Positions 9,970 to 22,797 are shown, counted from the first letter of the stretch. The stretch is 64,000 nt of DNA from Octopus sinensis (GCF_006345805.1 NC_043005.1:89466001-89530000); one strand, 5' to 3'. Made by a program: numbers and translations. The notes: a model not told the origin generated them from the sequence alone.

Positions 9970-10461
9970 GTTTTATTGTTGAAAGCGGAACAGTCAATAA
10001 TAAATATTACCATAAACAAACAATAAAATAGATGTGAAAGAAAGAAAGTAGAAAGCAAAAGAAAGGAGGAAAAACAAAGAAATAATAATAATTTAAGAAT
10101 CAAACCTTCCGAAAAAAAAAAAAAAAAAGAAAATAAAGCACTAAGAAATAAAAAAAAATACAGGGAAGGAAATAATAATAAAAGTAAAAGAAAGTCGAGC
10201 GAATTCCGGGTTCGGTTCTCAAGTAGAGGAAGGGGAGAGTTTGTTTCACTGCTATATAATTATTATTATTATACACACATTTAACGAATATATATATATA
10301 CTCAAATATTTAACGGATATATATATATCTCTTGCTTATCTATATATATATATATCTATCTATATATATATATATATAAGCGGAGTTTCGGGCCAGAAGC
10401 AGTCACCGTGTATCACCATAGAGGAATTAGGAGAGCTCTGGGCTCACTGCGAAGCCCGCAG
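8340..10461 (+). promoter_or_regulatory. Probable promoter/5' UTR region of the formin-like gene
   Basis: SINE-free, CpG-retaining, simple-repeat-rich sequence directly upstream of the ATG exon. TSS not located. Confidence 0.45.
8600..9010. repeat. Degenerate pyrimidine-rich minisatellite (~30-35-bp unit, CTCTCTACATNTATCTATCTTTAYT-like)
   Basis: Recurring ctctctacat...tctatctttat/tac units, about 10 copies, heavily diverged. Confidence 0.6.
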
Positions 10462-10575
10462 ATGGGGAATGGCGAAAGCATCGAGACTACTCGGCCGGAG
10501 TTACGGGCATCCTTGCCCATCCGGCTACCCATGCCCGACCCCACGGAGCTCGAACGGAGGTTTACCAAAGTTCTG
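10462..10575 (+). CDS. FMNL: Formin-like (FMNL/Frl family) protein, first coding exon: MGNGESIETTRPELRASLPIRLPMPDPTELERRFTKVL
   Basis: Strong resemblance to vertebrate FMNL N-termini (MGNxxS...LPMPEPxELEERFxxVL) leading into the GTPase-binding domain. MGxxxS N-myristoylation motif. Phase-0 donor CTG|GTAAGT right after VL, matching the family's first-intron position as I recall it. Confidence 0.88.
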
Positions 10576-12682
10576 GTAAGTAACATGATTTTTTCTTTTT
10601 TTTTTTTACATCACAAATTTTAAACCGCATCCAAGTATGTCCATTTACTTTGTAGATCTTCATAAACGAGAGATACAGATGGCAAAATTGGACAGTAAAA
10701 AATAACTGGAACATCGGTTGAATAATAATAAAGAAAAAATGTCACAAATATGAAATAATATTGTTATATATATAAAAAAAATGTTTTAAAAATTATTCTG
10801 AAGGTGCAGAGTTTGCAGAACCGGGATATAACTGCCTTACAGTAATTCTATGTGGTATATGTAAATCAGACCATACAGGTCTCAGTAAATACCAGTTATA
10901 TATATGGGATAATTTCTTGATGTTGTGGAAGACAGATGCTCCACCAGATTAAATGTTTTACGCTTGTTTGAATTCGAATCCCGCTCGGATCGGATGTATG
11001 AATCTTTTAACTTTTTTTTTTTTAGGTGGGTATTGAGGTTGAATGGGGGGGGGGTAGACCCTATTTACTAGATACCGCCCATTTTCACATGCTTTTGGCT
11101 CTTTAAGTAAAATTATTATAATTATATATTATTAAAAATATTTTTATAACACTGTTAAGAATTAATCAATTTGTAATCGCATCCCTCCCCGTTTCTTTCT
11201 CACTCAACCACGACACATGATGCTAAACATTTGGAACGAATCTTGCGGTCCAGTTTCGATCTCTAGCTTCGGGTCAGCCCTTATCGAGGAGACCTAAGAT
11301 CAAACACGTTCTAGTTGTAGCAACCCAAGACAATGTATTTAGGGACTACATTATCCAAGTTATTCCCTTTAAGACATTATAGGGTACGCTGTGATGGAGA
11401 TTTGACTGCTATTTTTAGTCGTCATAGAGGCTGTCACAGAAATGTCCTGTTCTCACTCTGCCTGTAATAGTATATATCTTTGAGAAATGCATAAACATCA
11501 CATGATGTTTTATTATTAATCATCATTCATTTGCCATTCTATGAACCAGTTTGCAAAGGCAACAATTAATTTCGTGTCCACTGAGGTCATTTTTCTCTTT
11601 CATTCTTGCAGTATCTATTAAATTGCTCTAGCTGTTTAAATTCATTTTGTACAAATCTTCCACGACAGAAACCCTTTCATTTGTCTGGCTCCCAGTTTTT
11701 AGGAATCTTTCTGGGAAGGGGGAAACGTAAAATCTCGTTTATTTCGGTCCCTCGATTTCGAAATTCAAATCTTTCCGGGGACAGTTTTTGTCTTCCACTC
11801 CTTGTCGGGTACCCCTTTTCCAACCTTACCATCAACATATCGTGCCCTGTATCTGTTTAGAAATTATTGCTTTGGTACTTTTGGCGGTTAGTCCGTCAGA
11901 CAAGTTTTCGAGGAATCCCAGAAACATTTAATCTTTTATATGATTTTATCTGGCAAGAAAGAGGAAGCCAGATTGGTTAGAGCCCATCCCTCGCCAAACT
12001 ATTTTGATTGCTGCCTCCAAATAACTATGTACAGAGGAAGCTTAGAGAATGAGAGGGTGTGTGAAGAAAATGTGACGTTGAAGAGATTGTTCTTCTTCAT
12101 CGGGACATTTACAAAGCAAACGAAATAAATCCCAACACGAATCGAGACCGTTTCGCAAATTTGGCTCTTAAACTTTAGCCTCTACTCTATTAAACGTTGT
12201 TAGCCATTTAAATAAATTCGCACAGTCATTTGTGTTTAGCCGTCTCATAAAATGCCAACGATTCCGTTAGAGAGACAGTTTTAATACCGGCTCACTGCTG
12301 TTCCAATAATGTCGCTAATTCACTATGATTCTTAAATCTAGTCCTCTTAAAATACGCTTCCTTTATACAATCGCTGGTATAGATGGCTTGGATAGGAAAT
12401 TGCTTGTATATATATATATATATCGGTGTATTTATTTTATTGTGTTGTAAACAATAATTACATATAAAATTTCTGGAGGGCTGGAAAATTATCAATCAGT
12501 GTTTATTAGATTGCAAAGTTACAGAAGGTATATCAGACAGAAAAGAATGGAAAGGTGTATAATAGTTTTTGTGTGTATACAGCACGATGCACGCGCTCAA
12601 ATTTATACACACATGTATAAATACATATATACACACATGTAGATATATATATACACTTACACATACCTAGACGTATATATTA

Positions 12683-12723
<41 letters not shown>

Positions 12724-12728
12724 CATAC

Positions 12729-12786
<58 letters not shown>

Positions 12787-12852
12787 ATATAATATATATG
12801 CACTCATTTATACATACATCTATACGTATGTACATACACATATTGTCACTAT

Positions 12853-13030
12853 TTTACGTCTGCTTTCCACGCTGGCATGGGTTACATGGTTCAACAGGAG
12901 CTGGCAAGTCAGAAGACTGCACCAAACTCAACTGTCTGCTTTGGCATTGATTTCTATAGCTGGACGCCCTTCCAAATGCCAACCACTTTACTGAGTGTAC
13001 TGGGTGCTTTTTACTTGGCACTGGTACCAG
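12853..13030 (-). mobile_element. SINE family B (RTE-like tail; seen as catcat-ttaacgtc-ctttccatgctggcatggg on +)
   Basis: ACGTCTGCTTTCCACGCTGGCATGGG...AGCTGGACGCCCTTCCAAATGCCAACCAC shared with other copies. Confidence 0.8.
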
Positions 13031-13325
13031 TGGGGTCACTGAGTAAACTTATAAGACATGGTCCCTTAACTGTTGGTGGGGGTGTGTGATATTGAGGGGG
13101 ATGACTTTATGTGAGTATGATAGAGAAACAGAACAGGTCTTGTTATCCCACCTGAGAAGAAAAGATGGAAGTTAAATGATGATGATGATAGTAGTGAAGA
13201 TGTATTGGTGTGTCGCCTCCAGTTACAGGAAGGGGAATATAAGTGGTACTGGCTAGGGTAAGTGGGTAGATGAAGTTTGTGAGAATGTGAAAGAAGAGTG
13301 GCAGGTGGTCGGGGTGGGACACTGG

Positions 13326-13730
13326 GGTGGCATGGCTCTGTGGTTATGTTTGCTTGTCAACCATGTGGTTTTGAGTTCAGTCCTGCTGTGTGGTACCTTG
13401 GTCTAGTGTTATCTATTATAGCCCTGGGCCAACCAATGTCTTGTGGGTGAATTTGGCAGACTGAAACTGTTAGACTCATTGTGGCCATGTGGTAAGATGT
13501 TTGCTTCACAGCCACATGGTTCTGGGTTCAGTCCCACTGTGTGGCACCTTGGGCAAGTGTCTTCTACTATAACTTTGGGCTGACCAGTCTTGTGAGTGGA
13601 TTTAGTAGAATGAAACTCAAAGAAGCCTATTTTATGTGTGTGTGTGTGTGTGCATCTTTGTCCCTTCCCCCACTTCACAACTGGTGTTGGTGTGTTTACA
13701 TCCCCATAGCTTAGTGGTTCAGCAAAAGAA
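13326..13730 (+). mobile_element. Two tandem SINE family A copies (tRNA-like head, CORE-like body)
   Basis: TGGCTCTGTGGTTA..GAGTTCAGTCC (13331) and TGGCCATGTGGTAAG..GGTTCAGTCCCACTGTGTGGCACCTTGGGCAAGTG (13481). A/B-box-like motifs. Confidence 0.85.
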
Positions 13731-14064
13731 GCACTCAGTTATTTCTCTAGTTCATTTTCATTTAAATTTATGCAAATTACTGAGGTCATAAATCTGTTCT
13801 ATTTTTTTTTTAACTGTTTATATGTGTCTAAGAATTTCATCGACTGGAGACCTAGCAGAATAATTGCTGTGCTGATAATGCCTGCTGAGGCAGAAACATA
13901 GCTCCACAGCTATTCTCTTATCTTCAATGAGACTTTTCTATTTTTCCTTAATTTCGGAGGTCTTGATTCGTGAAATTACCTCCCCTTCCCATTTGCCAAC
14001 AAGTGATTGTTCTACTTTCTCTGGACGTAATTGGTCTTTATATATAAGCATGCATGTATATATA

Positions 14065-14560
14065 TCATCATCATCATCATTTAACGTCTGCTTTCCATGC
14101 TAGCATGAGTTGGACGATTTGACTGAGGACTGGCGAACCAGATAGCTGTGCCAGGCTCCAATCTGATCTGGCAGAGATTTTACAGCTGGATGCCCTTCCT
14201 AACGCCAACCACTCCGAGAGTGTAGTGGGTGCTTTTACATGTCACTGGCAAGGGGCCAGTCGGTGGCAGGCTATTGGGTAGGTATGGCAAACAGCCATGC
14301 TTTGAAATGGTGTGTTTTATACGTGCCACCTGTACAGGAGTCAGTCCAGCGCAATGGAATGACCTCGCTTGAATGTTTTGTTCACGTGCCACCGGCACAA
14401 GTGCCAGTAAGGCGACGCTTGCGTAACGATCACGCTCAAATGGTGCTTTTTATGTGCCACCAGCACGGAAGCCAGACAGCCGCTCTGGCAGTGATCCTGC
14501 TTGGATGGAGCTGTTAGCACTCCACTGGCACGGGTGCCAGTCATCGAATTTGGTTCAATT
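14065..14560 (-). mobile_element. SINE family B with ~5 internal ~65-bp repeats
   Basis: (CAT)n-TTAACGTCTGCTTTCCATGCTAGCATG start; repeated GTGCTTTTAYRTGYCACYGGCA units. Confidence 0.85.
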
Positions 14561-14702
14561 TCGATTACACTTTCCCCAATGTGTGTGTATTTATAAATTT
14601 GTGTGTGTGTATGTATGTATATATATGTATATATTTATATATAAATATCTATACCCACACTTATATATACACATCTGTATATATTCATATAAAAAAATAT
14701 AT

Positions 14703-15280
14703 AGGTGCAAGTGTAGCTGTGTGGTAAGAAGCTTGTTTCTCAACCACATGGTTTCAGGTTCAGTCCCATTGTGTGGCACCTTAGGCTGACTGAAGCCTTG
14801 TGTGTGGATTTGGTAGATGGAAACTGAAAGAAGCCTGTTGTGTATGTATATGTGTGTGTGTATATGTATATATATATAATATATATATAAAATACATATG
14901 TCTTGTCTGTCCCCCCCCATCACTGCTTGACAACACTGTTGGTGTGTTTACATCCCCATAAGTTAGTGATTTGGCAAAGATCCTGATAACAGGCGTTAAG
15001 AAAAAGAAAAAGTACTGGAATGATTTGTTCGACTAAATCTTTCAGGCAGTGCCCCAGCTGGCCATAGTCTAATGTTCGAACCAAGTAAATGGTAACATCA
15101 CTGCTTGACAACCACTGTTGGTGTGTTTACATCCCCATAATTTAGTGATTTGGCAAAAGATCCTGATAACAGGCTTTAAGGAAAAAGAAAAAGTACTGGA
15201 CTTGATTTGTTCGACTAAAATCTTTCAAGGCAGTGCCCCAGCATGGCCATAGTCTAATGTTCGAACCAAGTAAATGGTAA
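14703..15280 (+). mobile_element. SINE family A with tandemly duplicated 3' half (14918-15095 / 15096-15280)
   Basis: AGGTGCAAGTGTAGCTGTGTGGTAAGAAGCTTG head; CATCACTGCTTGACAAC...AAGTAAATGGTAA present twice. Confidence 0.88.
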
Positions 15281-16189
15281 AAGGTATAAATATCTGTGTA
15301 CCTTTTTCTCTCTCGCGTGTCTATGTATGTAGTCAAATGATATAGTAGTGAATAATTGTGCATAGGTGTAAGGATATAAATGAGTAAAAATGAGAAATAA
15401 CATGGATAAACAAATATCATGCAGAGTTAAACAAGCAAAAGCATGTCTGGAAAGTGTAGAAATACAAAGCAAAAAGAAAACAAGCAAAAGTATTCTCTCT
15501 CTCACACACACACACACACATATACATGCATGCACAAAAAGGAGGCTTCATATGCCAAAGAAAGAAAGGGCGCCTGATGTTGCAGGTGATGCCCTTTATC
15601 AAATAGAAAAGAATTGAGAGGTAAAAGAAATAGAAAAAGGTATGATACGAAAGAAGTAATCTGTTTACAAGGCAGGTCTTAAGTAGAATGAAAGGCGAGA
15701 AGTGGAATAGAAGGATCAGAAGTGAGGGTATGATCTAGGTGACGGTGAGGTTAAGTGGAAGGAGGGAGAGAGAATTTGAATAAACAAGAAAGAGGGGAAG
15801 AAAAGGAAAAAGAGTGAAGGAATGAGAAAAGAATAGAGGGATCAAGAGACCTAGTGTGGGAGGGAAAATGAGAGAGAGCTATTGTGGAACTCAATCTTGG
15901 TGTTTGGTGTGTCGGATATCTGTGTAGTAAATGTGTGTTACCTATTTACAATGTATTTGTGAAGTGTGTTATGGTGTGGAGGAACGTGTAAAGGATTGGT
16001 AGACTGGAGGTTGGAGGTGAAATGGTGAGTGTGTGTGCATGTGAAGTGGGTAGTTATGTCCATATATCACTGTAGTTTGTAGTATGTTCAATGTACATAA
16101 ATGTGTAGATGTGTAAGGTATGTTGTCGTACTATGGTGGGATGAATGTGGGAAGATTGAATATAGTGTTGTAGTTTAGTTATCAAGACC

Positions 16190-16600
16190 GCACTATTCAT
16201 ATTCAAAGGGTTGGAGCAACCAAGGCAGAAGATGAGGCTGTGTTCTTTTTGGTAGTGAGAAGTAGGTGATTTGTGTTGTAAAATAACACCACAGAACTGA
16301 GATAGAAATAGTGTGTGCAGTTAAGCTGATGTGATGGTGTTTAGGTAGATGTCACATAAATGCAGTCATGCAATCTGCTAACTTACAGCTGGTCTTTCCA
16401 ATATACTGGAAGCCATTGAACTGATATTTAAGGCAGACATTTAATGCTTTTAACAGTGCAGATAAAACAGTCAGTGATATGGAAGTAACATTGGTTGGGT
16501 TCAAGAAGTTTAGTATTCTGGCTGTAAGGGAATATGTTACACTGGACATTGGAGCATGTTAAAGATCTGGGTTTGGGTGTTTGAAGGGTTAGAAGAGTTG
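16190..16600 (-). pseudogene. Decayed Penelope-like element GIY-YIG endonuclease remnant
   Basis: Minus-strand fragments in order: TCSNVQCNIFPY...FHITDCFICT, QYIGKTSCKLADCM, KEHSLIFCLGCSNPLNMN. These match the C..C..C / FTC / YIGET.R.L..R / EQ.LIF.LG...P.G.N pattern of PLE endonucleases. Confidence 0.6.
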
Positions 16601-16830
16601 TGAGCTGAAAACTTGATCAAATAGGGGTCTATTTGAAGCAGGGGAGGTATTGATCATCATCTAATACTGGTTTTCCATGCTGGCATGGCATTGTTCATGG
16701 AATATGGGGGAGGTGGCAGGGTCTGAGCAGAGTAGGTGAAAAGTATGCTAGATGGTTTGAGGTGGGATGGGCATGGGTAGAGGAGGGAATGATTGACAAT
16801 AGTCTGGGATTATATTTGTTTTTAGGAGTA

Positions 16831-16964
16831 TGTGTGAATATATATATATATGTACGTGTTTATGTGCATGGATGTGTCTGTAAGTATGTATGTATGTGTG
16901 TGTGTGTATATATATATATATGCATGTATGTGTGTGTGTGTATATATATATATATATGCATGTA

Positions 16965-16995
<31 letters not shown>

Positions 16996-17002
16996 GCATG
17001 TA

Positions 17003-17033
<31 letters not shown>

Positions 17034-17040
17034 GCATGTA

Positions 17041-17079
<39 letters not shown>

Positions 17080-17083
17080 GCAT

Positions 17084-17115
<32 letters not shown>

Positions 17116-17933
17116 GCATGTATGTGTGTATATATATATATATATATATGCATGTATGTGTGTATATATATATATATATTATGCATGTATGTGTGTATAT
17201 ATATATATATATAATATGCATGTATGTGTGTATATATATATATATGCATGTTGTGTGTGTATATATATATATATGCATGTATGTGTGTGTATATATATAA
17301 TATATGCATGTATGTGTGTGTATATATATATATATGCATGTATGTGTGTGTGTGTATATATATATATATATGCATGTATGTGTGTATAATATATATGCAT
17401 GTATGTGTGTATATATTATTATATGCATTATGTGGTGTATATATATAGATGCATGATGTGGTTTGTATATATATATATGCATATGTGTGTATATATATAT
17501 ATATATATGCATGTGTGTATATATATATATATATGCATGTGTGTATATATATATATATATGCATGTGTGTGTGTATATATATATGCATGTGTGTGTGTAT
17601 ATATATATGCATGTGTGTGTGTATATATATATGCATGTGTGTGTGTATATATATATGCATGTGTGTGTGTATATATATATGTATGCGTGTGTGTGTGTGT
17701 GTATATATATGTATGCGTGTGTGTGTATATATATATGCATGTGTGTGTGTATATATATATGTATGCGTGTGTGTGTGTGTGTATATATATGTATGCGTGT
17801 GTGTGTGTGTATATATATGTATGCGTGTGTGTGTGTGTATATATATGTATGCGTGTGTGTATATATATATATATATGCGTGTGTGTATATATATATATAT
17901 ATGCGTGTGTGTATATATATATATATATATGCA

Positions 17934-17966
<33 letters not shown>

Positions 17967-18425
17967 GATGTGTGTGTGTAATATATATGCATGTGTGTGT
18001 TATATATAATATATGCATGTGTGTGTTATATTAATATGCATGTGTGTGTGTATATATATATGCATGTGTGTGTGTTATATATAATGCATGTGTGTGTGTG
18101 TGTATATTATATGCATGTGTGTGTGTATATATATATGTGTGTGTGTGTGTATATATATATATGTGTGTGTGTGTATATATATATATGTGTGTGTGTATAT
18201 ATATATATGCATGTATGTGTGTGTATATATATATATGCATGTATGTGTGTGTGTATATATATATGCATGTATGTGTGTGTATATATATATGCATGTATGT
18301 GTGTGTGTATATATATATGCATGTATGTGTGTGTATATATATATATGCATGTATGTGTGTGTGTATATATATATATGCATGTATGTGTGTGTGTATATAT
18401 ATATATATGCATGTATGTGTGTGTG

Positions 18426-18456
<31 letters not shown>

Positions 18457-19790
18457 ATATATATATATTATGTATGTGTGTGTGTATATATATATATGTA
18501 TGTGTGTGTGTATATATATATATGTATGTGTGTGTGTATATATATATATGTATGTGTGTGTATATATATATGCATGCATGTATGTGTGTGTATATATATA
18601 TATGCATGCATGTATGTGTGTGTATATATATATATGCATGCATGTATGTGTGTGTATATATATATATGCATGCATGTATGTGTGTGTATATATATATATG
18701 CATGCATGTATGTGTGTGTATATATATATATGCATGCATGTATTTGTGTGTATATATATATATGCATGTATGTGTGTGTGTATATATATATGCATGTATG
18801 TGTGTGTGTATATATATATATGCATGTATGTGTGTGTATATATATATATGCATGTATGTGTGTGTATATATATATATGCAGTATGTGTGTGTATATATAT
18901 TATGCATGTATGTGTGTATATATATATATGCAGTATGTGTGTATATATATATATGCATGTATGTGGTATAATATAATATGCATGTATGTGTGTATATATA
19001 TATATATATGCATGTATGTGTGTATATAATATGCATGTATGTGTGTAATATATATATATGCATATGTATGGTGTGTATATATATATATATGCATGTATGT
19101 GGTTATATATATGCATGTATGTGTGTATATATATATGCATGTGTGTGTGTATATATATATATATGCATGTATGTGTATATATATATATGCATGTATGTGT
19201 ATATATATATATATGCATGTATGTGTGTATATATATATATGCATGTATGTGTATATATATATATGCATGTATGTGTGTGTATGTATATATGCGTGTGTAT
19301 ATATATGTGTGTGTGTATATATATGTATATATGTGTGTGTGTGTATATATATGCATGTATGTGTGTGTGTGTGTATATATATGCATGTATGTGTGTGTGT
19401 GTGTGTATATATATGCATGTATGTGTGTGTGTGTGTATATATATGCATGTATGTGTGTGTGTGTATATGTATATATATGCATGTATGTGTGTGTGTGTGT
19501 ATATGTATATATATGCATGTATGTCTGTGTGTGTGTGTATATGTATATATATGCATGTATGTGTGTGTATATGTATATATATGCATGTATGTGTGTGTGT
19601 ATGTATATATATGCATGTATGTGTGTGTGTATGTATATATATGCATGTATGTGTGTGTGTATGTATATATATATGCATGTATGTGTGTGTGTATGTATAT
19701 ATATATGCATGTATGTGTGTGTGTATGTATATATATATGCATGTATGTGTATATAATATATATATATATGCATGTGTGTTTGTATATGTG
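16831..19790. repeat. ~3-kb compound microsatellite/minisatellite (TA)nTGCATGTA(TG)n
   Basis: Direct reading; nearly uninterrupted purine-pyrimidine alternation. Confidence 0.98.
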
Positions 19791-20442
19791 CCCCTGTATA
19801 TCTACAGATCACAGCCTGAAATAGGCAAAGCAGTAGAATTATGTATGTGTTTATAATGTCTCAGGTGTAAACACAATGAACCTAAACAGCTCATTTGGAA
19901 CCAACTCTGATAAATAAGCTAGCTCAAAGTTTCTATGGAAAAAGCAAGTGTTTTAACATTCGGGACATTTGTCCCTGATTGGGATCAGGACTTTTTCATC
20001 GTCTCTAAAAAGACGAAAGTAAAAGCTGTTCCCGGCACATTAGGTACTTAACAATTTCTATTCTTTGTATATGTAGACCTGTAATGTTGATATGATATTG
20101 GATTTTGGCAGAAGGCATATGAGAGGGCTTTAGTTGCTTGTATTAACCCCCATTTCTTGACTGCTGTTTTTTTTTTTCACTGCCACAAGAGATGGAAGAA
20201 CTACCATAAGCATTTTACCTGACACTCTGACTCACTCAATGCACTGACCTTAGCATTTTCTAATATTTGAAAGAGGAGATCAGTTGATTACATTGACCAA
20301 TATATGACTGGTATTGTGTCTTATCAACCTCAGAAGAATCAAATGCAAAAGTGACCTTAGTGGGTTTTGAACTCAGAACATAAAGAATCATAACAAATAC
20401 CATGGAATTTTCTTTAACCTCGTATTTATATTGCTAGTCCAC

Positions 20443-20625
20443 ATCATCATCATAATGTTTTCCATGCTGGCATAGGTTGGGCAGTTTGATAGGAGTTGGC
20501 AAGGCTGGAGAGCTGCACCAAGTTCCAATTGTCTGTTTTGGCATGGTTTCTATGGCTGGATGCCCTTCCTAACACCAACCACTTTACAGGGTGTAGTGGG
20601 CGCTTTTTATGAGATGCCAGCACAG
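20443..20625 (-). mobile_element. SINE family B
   Basis: CATCATCATCAT..TTTCCATGCTGGCATAGG..GGCTGGATGCCCTTCCTAACACCAACCAC. Confidence 0.8.
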
Positions 20626-21366
20626 GTGTTTTATATGTAGCCTACTAATGTTTTTAACAAAAGCACAAAGGCAAAGAATCTTAGTGGATGTTGTAAATTG
20701 GTGATATTTGTGTCAGTACTTTATCAACCCTGAAAAAATCGAAAGATGAAGTTTACCTCAGCTGGTTTTAAACCTAGAACATGAAGTGCTACTAGAAATA
20801 TTGGGGTGCATTTATCCAGTATTTTAATGATTCTAACAATCATTCTCTAGAATAATTCTTTCTACAATCGGCAGAAGGCCTGAAAACTTGTGGTGAGGTG
20901 ACTAGCAGAAGAAATGTCACTCATCAGTTTATTCAGCATCCTAACGGTTTTGTCAGCTCACCCAATGTCCATCTTCTCTCTTGCTCACTTTCTTGTACCC
21001 ATCACTACCATCTTTACCCTCTTTTTACCTACTCTCACCTTTAATGTGAGGCAGCCATGTATCTTCTCTGTAGCAAGATGCCAGTGCTTGCCCCTCTGCC
21101 ATTCTCTAGGCTCGTAAAATCTGGCATAGAGCCCCACCCCCCGCCGCTCCTGCACTCTACTTTTAGCGGAGGAAGCCTTTTCTTGCCTTGCAAATTGCTT
21201 GGTGACATCACTAGGGCTGCTTGCATGGAAGAAGAGAAAGTAGACATTGGAGCTGCTCAATGCAGCTTTGCAGCCGACCGGCTCTTGTGAAGCCGCTCAA
21301 CCTTATATCACATGGCAAACGTTAAGTGATCATCTCTCTCTCACACACGCACACAATACATAATAT

Positions 21367-21416
<50 letters not shown>

Positions 21417-21420
<4 letters not shown>

Positions 21421-21585
21421 AGAGTTTACAAAAAAAAAAAAAAAGACGAAGACAGGTAGTGTACAAAACAAACAGATGTATCAGTATAACACTCAGGGAT
21501 AGAAAAAGTCTTTTACGTTTCGAGCCTACGCTCTTCTACAGAAAAAACAAGGAGAGAAAAAAAATGTGTAGTGGCTAACGATCTC
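21417..21585 (-). mobile_element. Penelope-like terminal-repeat fragment carrying a degenerate minimal hammerhead motif
   Basis: Minus strand TTTT-CTGTAGA-A-GAGC-GTAG-GCTC-GAAAC-GTA-AAAG (21546-21510), sitting beside a (TA)n tract. Confidence 0.5.
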
Positions 21586-22719
21586 TCTCTCTATATATGT
21601 GTGTACTGCATGTATATAAATATGGCCGCAGTCTAATGACTGAACAAGTAAAATAATAAATATATGTAATACACAGACATACAAATATGTACTAGATACG
21701 AATAAATATATACACACAATGTGTGTGCGTATATATATATATATATATATATACGCGTGCGCGCACGCAAATATGTATATATGTGCATAGAAGTGTGTAT
21801 ATAGATACACAGCCATACATTTTATGTATGTAAGCCACACATCGTTACATGTTAGTTTACAGAGAATTAATGGCAGCGAAGGGAGTGAAGCAGCTAAGGA
21901 TGGAGAAATGGTTTTGCGATAAGAGCCGCTCTCTATTAGCATGTGGCATCAGATGAGATCGGCATGCAATCTTTCTCTATCTCCACCCTATGGCTTTACA
22001 ACCCTAGGCAGTAGTTTTCGGTCCTATGGGAAACGGTTTTCTTGGTGTGTCGCACCACCGTTCTTCATTTGTCAAGTTAGTTGCCACTAGTCGTCACAGT
22101 GTTGTTGCATGTTGGATCTGTGTTCTGTCTGAAGCAAACTGCTGTTTCGTTTCATTGATAATGTTTTGAACACTGGGAAATCTAGTCGTGGTTGCCTTGT
22201 GAATTCCAAGCCGCCATCAACATAAAATATGGTGGTGCCGGCGGTCGTGGGTACCGTTACCTCTTCCTTCCATTCCTTCTGCTACTACAACTGTTGGTTC
22301 TCTTCTCTTTTACCAACTCACCATCTCTAAAATAGCTTCTTCACTCTCTTCCTTTATTTTATTTTCCTCTCTTTCTACGTTTCAAATCTTTCTTTGGCCT
22401 CTCTCACTTTTTAATAATATTTGTCTTTAATTTTCGTAATTTTTCTTTTCTCTCTCTCTCTCTCTCTAACCCTGTATTTTCCTCTTCATCTTTTTATTCT
22501 GTCACACTTCCCCGCTTACATAATGGGTGTGTATGTATGTATGTCACCTCACATCTACGCCTCACCATTCCTTCCTAATCACCAAAATTCCTCCTCTTCT
22601 AACCCTTTTTTCTAGTCCTCATAAGCTTCCCATCTCTATAGTTTCCACGATTCTCTCTCTCTCCTCTCCATTTGTCTTTTTTTTTCTTTCCTGCATCCTC
22701 TTATCTCATTCCTTTGGCT

Positions 22720-22720
22720 A

Positions 22721-22797
<77 letters not shown>

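Noticed and set aside
12140-12165. Minus-strand GAAAC-G-GTC hammerhead half
   Set aside because: No CUGAnGA partner found nearby.
16748-19856. Many long ORFs (up to 593 aa) of Y/I/H/T or C/V/Y/M
   Set aside because: Alternating purine-pyrimidine repeats cannot form TAA/TAG/TGA; these are translation artefacts.
22026-22169. Second MGNG-starting ORF as a duplicated myristoylation exon
   Set aside because: No Ser at position 6, no similarity beyond four residues, and the only fair donor (AA|GTTAGT) is phase 2, out of frame with the formin.
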